This document shows, piece after piece, positions 57,801 through 64,000 of a DNA stretch of 64,000 bases. Made by a program: the position numbers and the translations under genes. This stretch comes from Eledone cirrhosa (taxonomy: Eukaryota): positions 405,170,001 through 405,234,000 of the forward strand of contig OZ024741.1 in NCBI GenBank assembly GCA_964016885.1. Direction: 5' to 3'. Each line of letters begins with the position of its first letter. The stretch's first letter is position 1. Below the pieces are notes generated by a model. That model made no database searches, was not told the origin of the DNA, and saw only the letters and a program-made list of their open reading frames with translations.

Positions 57801-60800
57801 TTCATAATTAATTTTTTCAGCTTTTCACAACTATTTTATAATGAACTGTGACAACCTTCACAACTATTTTATAATTAATTTTTACAGCTTTTCACAACTA
57901 TTTAATAATGAATTGTGACAACCTTCACAACTATTTTATAATGAATTGTGACAACCTTCACAACTATTTTATAATGAATTGTGACAACCTTCACAACAAT
58001 TTTATAATTAATTTTTACAGCTTTTCACAACTATTTCATAATTAATTGTGACAACCTTCACAACTATTTTATAATGAATTGTGACAACCTTCACAACTAT
58101 TTTATAATGAATTGTGACAACCTTCACAACTATTTTATAATTAATTTTTACAGCTTTTCACAACTATTTTATAATTAATTGTGACAACCTTCACAACTAT
58201 TTTATAATTAATTGTGACAACCTTCACAACTATTTTATAATTAATTTTTACAGATTTTCACAACTATTTTATAATTAATTGTGACAACCTTCACAACTAT
58301 TTTATAATTAATTTTTACAGCTTTTCACAACTATTTAATAATGAATTGTGACAACCTTCACAACTATTTTATAATTAATTTTTACAGATTTTCACAACTA
58401 TTTTATAATTAATTGTGACAACCTTCACAACTATTTTATAATGAATTGTGACAACCTTCACAACTATTTTATAATTAATTTTTACAGATTTTCACAACTA
58501 TTTTATAATTAATTGTGACAAGCTTCACAACTATTTTATAATGAATTGTGACAACCTTCACAACTATTTTATAATTAATTTTTACAGCTTTTCACAACTA
58601 TTTTATAATTAATTGTGACAACCTTCACAACTATTTTATAATTAATTGTGACAACCTTCACAACTATTTTATAATTAATTTTTACAGCTTTTCACAACTA
58701 TTTTATATTAATTGTGACAACCTTCACAACTATTTTATAATTGATTTTTACAGCTTTTCACAACTATTTTATAATGAATTGTGACAACCTTCACAACTAT
58801 TTCATAATTAATTGTGACAACCTTCACAACTATTTTATAATGAATTGTGACAACCTTCACAATTATTTTATAATGAATTGTGACAACCTTCACAACTATT
58901 TTATAATTAATTTTTACAGCTTTTCACAACTATTTTATAATTAATTGTGACAACCTTCACAACTATTTTATAATTAATTGTGACAACCTTCACAACTATT
59001 TTATAATTAATTTTTACAGATTTTCATAACTATTTTATAATTAATTGTGACAACCTTCACAACTATTTTATAATTAATTTTTACAGCTTTTCACAACTAT
59101 TTTATAATTAATTGTGACAACCTTCACAACTATTTTATAATTAATTTTTACAGCTTTTCACAACTATTTTATAATGAATTGTGACAACCTTCACAACTAT
59201 TTTATAATTAATTTTTACAGCTTTTCACAACTATTTTATAATTAATTGTGACAACCTTCACAACTATTTTATAATTAATTGTGACAACCTTCACAACTAT
59301 TTTATAATTAATTGTGACAACCTTCACAACTATTTTTCAATGAATTGTGACAACCTTTACAACTATTTTATAATGAATTGTGACAACCTTCACAACTATT
59401 TTATAATGAATTGTGACAACCTTCACAACTATTTTATAATTAATTGTGACAACCTTCACAACTATTTTATAATTAATTGTGACAACCTTCACAACTATTT
59501 TTCAATGAATTGTGACAACCTTTACAACTATTTTATAATGAATTGTGACAACCTTCACAACTATTTTATAATGAATTGTGACAACCTTCACAACTATTTT
59601 ATAATTAATTTTTACAGCTTTTCACAACTATTTCATAATTAATTGTGAAAATCTTCAAAACTATTTTAGAATGAATTGTGACAACCTTCACAACTATTTT
59701 ATAATGAATTGTGACAACCTTCACAACTATTTTATAATTAATTTTTACAGCTTTTCACAACTATTTTATAATTAATTGTGACAACCTTCACAACTATTTT
59801 ATAATTAATTGTGACAACCTTCACAACTATTTCATAATTAATTTTTACAGATTTTCACAACTATTTTATAATTAATTGTGACAACCTTCACAACTATTTT
59901 ATAATTAATTTTTACAGCTTTTCACAACTATTTTATAATTAATTGTGACAACCTTCACAACTATTTTATAATTAATTTTTACAGCTTTTCGCAACTATTT
60001 TATAATGAATTGTGACAACCTTCACAACTATTTTATAATTAATTTTTACAGCTTTTCACAACTATTTTATAATTAATTGTGACAACCTTCACAACTATTT
60101 TATAATTAATTGTGACAACCTTCACAACTATTTTATAATTAATTGTGACAACCTGCACAACTATTTTACAATGAATTGTGACAACCTTTACAACTATTTT
60201 ATAATGAATTGTAACAACTTTCACAACTATTTTATAATTAATTATGACAACCTTCACAACTATTTTATAATTAATTGTGACAACCTTCATAACTATTTTA
60301 TAATGAATTGTGACGAACTTCACAACTATTTTATAATTAATTGTGACAACCTTCACAACTATTTTATAATGAATTGTGACAACCTTCACAACTATTTTAT
60401 AATGAATTGTGACAAACTTCACAACTATTTTATAATTAATTGTGACAACCTTCACAACTATTTTATAATTAATTTTTACAGCTTTTCACAACTATTTTAT
60501 AATTAATTGTGACAACCTTCACAACTATTTTATAATTAGTTTTTACAGCTTTTCACAACTATTTTATAATTAATTGTGACTACCTTCACAACTATTTTAT
60601 AATTAGTTTTTACAGCTTTTCACAACTATTTTATAATTAATTGTGACAACCTTCACAACTATTTTATAATTAATTGTGACAACCTTCACAACTATTTTAT
60701 AATTAATTTTTACAGATTTTCACAACTATTTTATAATTAATTGTGACAACCTTCACAACTATTTTATAATTAATTTTTACAGATTTTCACGACTATTTTA

Positions 60801-63800
60801 TAATGAATTGTGACAACCTTCACAATTATTTTATAATGAATTGTGACAACCTTCACAACTATTTTATAATTAATTTTTACAGCTTTTCACAACTATTTTA
60901 TAATTAATTGTGACAACCTTCACAACTATTTTATAATTAATTGTGACAACCTTCACAACTATTTTATAATTAATTTTTACAGATTTTCACAACTATTTTA
61001 TAATTAATTGTGACAACCTTCACAACTATTTTATAATTAATTTTTACAGCTTTTCACAACTATTTTATAATTAATTGTGACAACCTTCACAACTATTTTA
61101 TAATTAATTTTTACAGCTTTTCACAACTATTTTATAATGAATTGTGACAACCTTCACAACTATTTTATAATTAATTTTTACAGCTTTTCACAACTATTTT
61201 ATAATTAATTGTGACAACCTTCACAACTATTTTATAATTAATTGTGACAACCTTCACAACTATTTTATAATTAATTGTGACAACCTTCACAACTATTTTT
61301 CAATGAATTGTGACAACCTTTACAACTATTTTATAATGAATTGTGACAACCTTCACAACTATTTTATAATGAATTGTGACAACCTTCACAACTATTTTAT
61401 AATGAATTGTGACAACCTTCACAACTATTTTATAATTAATTTTTACAGCTTTTCACAACTATTTCATAATTAATTGTGAAAATCTTCAAAACTATTTTAG
61501 AATGAATTGTGACAACCTTCACAACTATTTTATAATGAATTGTGACAACCTTCACAACTATTTTATAATTAATTTTTACAGCTTTTCACAACTATTTTAT
61601 AATTAATTGTGACAACCTTCACAACTATTTTATAATTAATTGTGACAACCTTCACAACTATTTCATAATTAATTTTTACAGATTTTCACAACTATTTTAT
61701 AATTAATTGTGACAACCTTCACAACTATTTTATAATTAATTTTTACAGCTTTTCACAACTATTTTATAATTAATTGTGACAACCTTCACAACTATTTTAT
61801 AATTAATTGTGACAACCTTCACAACTATTTTATAATTAATTGTGACAACCTTCACAACTATTTTATAATTAATTGTGACAACCTTCATAACTATTTTATA
61901 ATGAATTGTGACGAACTTCACAACTATTTTATAATTAATTGTGACAACCTTCACAACTATTTTATAATGAATTGTGACAACCTTCACAACTATTTTATAA
62001 TGAATTGTGACAAACTTCACAACTATTTTATAATTAATTGTGACAACCTTCACAACTATTTTATAATTAATTGTGACTACCTTCACAACTATTTTATAAT
62101 TAGTTTTTACAGCTTTTCACAACTATTTTATAATTAATTGTGACAACCTTCACAACTATTTTATAATTAATTGTGACAACCTTCACAACTATTTTATAAT
62201 TAATTTTTACAGATTTTCACAACTATTTTATAATTAATTGTGACAACCTTCACAACTATTTTATAATTAATTTTTACAGATTTTCACGACTATTTTATAA
62301 TTAATTGTGACAACGTTCACAACTATTTTATAATTAATTTTTACAGCTTTTCACAACTATTTTATAATGAATTGTGACAACCTTCACAACAATTTTATAA
62401 TTAATTTTTACAGCTTTTCACAACTATTTTATAATGAACTGTGACAACCTTCACAACTATTTTATAATGAATTGTGACAACCTTCACAACTATTTTATAA
62501 TTAATTTTTTCAGCTTTTCACAACTATTTTATAATGAACTGTGACAACCTTCACAACTATTTTATAATGAATTGTGACCACCTTCACAACTATTTTATAA
62601 TTAATTGTGACAACCTTCACAACTATTTTATAATTAATTGTGACAGTCTTCACAACTATTTTATAATTAATTTTTACAGATTTTCACAACTATTTTATAA
62701 TTAATTGTGACAACCTTCACAACTATTTTATAATGAATTGTGACAACCTTCACAACTATTTTATAATTAATTTTTACAGCTTTTCACAACTATTTTATAA
62801 TTAATTGTGACAACGTTCACAACTATTTTATAATGAATTGTGACAACTTTCACAACTATTTTATAATTAATTTTTACAGCTTTTCACAACTATTTTATAA
62901 TTAATTGTGACAACCTTCACAACTATTTTATAATTAATTTTTACAGATTTTCACAACTATTTTATAATTAATTGTGCCAACCTTCACAACTATTTTACAA
63001 TTAATTTTTACAGCTTTTCACAACTATTTTATAATTAATTGTGACAACCTTCACAACTATTTTATAATTAATTTTTACAGCTTTTCACAACTATTTTATA
63101 ATGAATTGTGACAACCTTCACAACTATTTTATAATTAATTTTTACAGATTTTCACAACTATTTTATAATTAATTGTGACAACCTTCACAACTATTTTATA
63201 ATGAATTGTGACAACCTTCACAACTATTTTATAATTAATTTTTACAGCTTTTCACAACTATTTTATAATTAATTGTGACAACCTTCACAACTATTTTATA
63301 ATTAATTGTGACAACCTTCACAACTATTTTATAATTAATTTTTACAGTTTTTCACAACTATTTTATAATTAATTGTGACAACCTTCACAACTATTTCATA
63401 ATTAATTTTTTCAGCTTTTCACAACTATTTTATAATGAACTGTGACAACCTTCACAACTATTTTATAATTAATTTTTACAGCTTTTCACAACTATTTTAT
63501 AATGAATTGTGACAACCTTCACAACTATTTTATAATGAATTGTGACAACCTTCACAACTATTTTATAATGAATTGTGACAACCTTCACAACTATTTTATA
63601 ATTAATTATGACAACCTTCACAACTATTTTATAATTAATTTTTACAGATTTTCACAACTTTTTTATAATTAATTGTGACAACCTTCACAACTATTTTATA
63701 ATTAATTGTGACAACCTTCACAACTATTTTATAATTAATTTTTACAGATTTTCACAACTATTTTATAATTAATTGTGACAACCTTCACAACTATTTTATA

Positions 63801-63991
63801 ATTAATTGTGACAACCTTCACAACTATTTTATAATTAATTTTTACAGCTTTTCACAACTATTTTATAATTAATTGTGACAACCTTCACAACTATTTTATA
63901 ATTAATTTTTACAGCTTTTCACAACTATTTTATAATTAATTGTGACAACTTTCACAACTATTTTATAATTAATTTTTACAGCTTTTCACAA
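15803..63991. repeat. Satellite array segment 4 (about 48 kb of uninterrupted 33/34-bp monomers with kb-scale higher-order duplications)
   Basis: Continuous A/B monomers with no inversion or foreign insertion seen. Rare variant monomers recur at fixed kb spacings (e.g. 2203, 3266, 3768, 6071, 6100 and 8695 bp). Confidence 0.99.
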
Positions 63992-64000
63992 TAAATGCAA

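Noticed and set aside
5469-62137. Repetitive ORFs (NCDNLHNYFIM)n on the plus strand and (KVVTIHYKIVV)n on the minus strand as repeat proteins
   Set aside because: They arise because monomer A is 33 bp (11 codons) with a stop-free frame on each strand, and they end wherever a 34-bp B monomer shifts the frame. They occur on both strands at the same places and have no unique domain or gene context.
1-63991. CRISPR-like array (constant TTCACAACTATTTTATAAT alternating with a variable segment)
   Set aside because: The variable part is only about 14 bp and takes two recurrent forms rather than unique spacers, and there are no cas genes or leader sequence.
1-63991. Match of monomer A to the bacterial CRP/CAP consensus TGTGA-N6-TCACA
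   Set aside because: The match is real at the sequence level, but the context (64-kb satellite, Helitron) is eukaryotic with no bacterial genes. I treat it as coincidental dyad symmetry.
1-63991. The A/B order as an information-bearing code, or a telomeric repeat array
   Set aside because: The order is explained by nested tandem duplications and block indels. The unit is long, heterogeneous and lacks the G-run structure of typical telomerase repeats. A centromeric or subtelomeric location cannot be determined from sequence alone.

Overview
This window is almost entirely (about 95%) an AT-rich, head-to-tail satellite array of eukaryotic type. It is built from two related monomers: A (33 bp, TTGTGACAACCTTCACAACTATTTTATAAT[T/G]AA) and B (34 bp, TTTTTACAG[C/A]TTTTCACAACTATTTTATAAT[T/G]AA). 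These are arranged in B(A)n blocks and in nested kb-scale higher-order duplications. The only non-satellite DNA is three copies of a 915-930 bp non-autonomous Helitron-like element on the minus strand (8643-9572, 12441-13355, 14888-15802), plus about 9 non-matching bases at the far right edge. Each copy has a 5'-TC end, a subterminal hairpin, a CTAG-3' end, an A|T target without a target site duplication (TSD), and an internal 37-bp minisatellite. Shared flanking variants indicate one insertion that was then copied along with the satellite. I found no credible protein-coding or RNA gene; the listed ORFs are by-products of the repeats. I see no convincing new enzymatic system. The interesting content is structural: a transposon amplified by satellite turnover, a monomer ordering rule, dyad symmetry and a layered duplication history. 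Everything was read by eye, so duplication boundaries are approximate.
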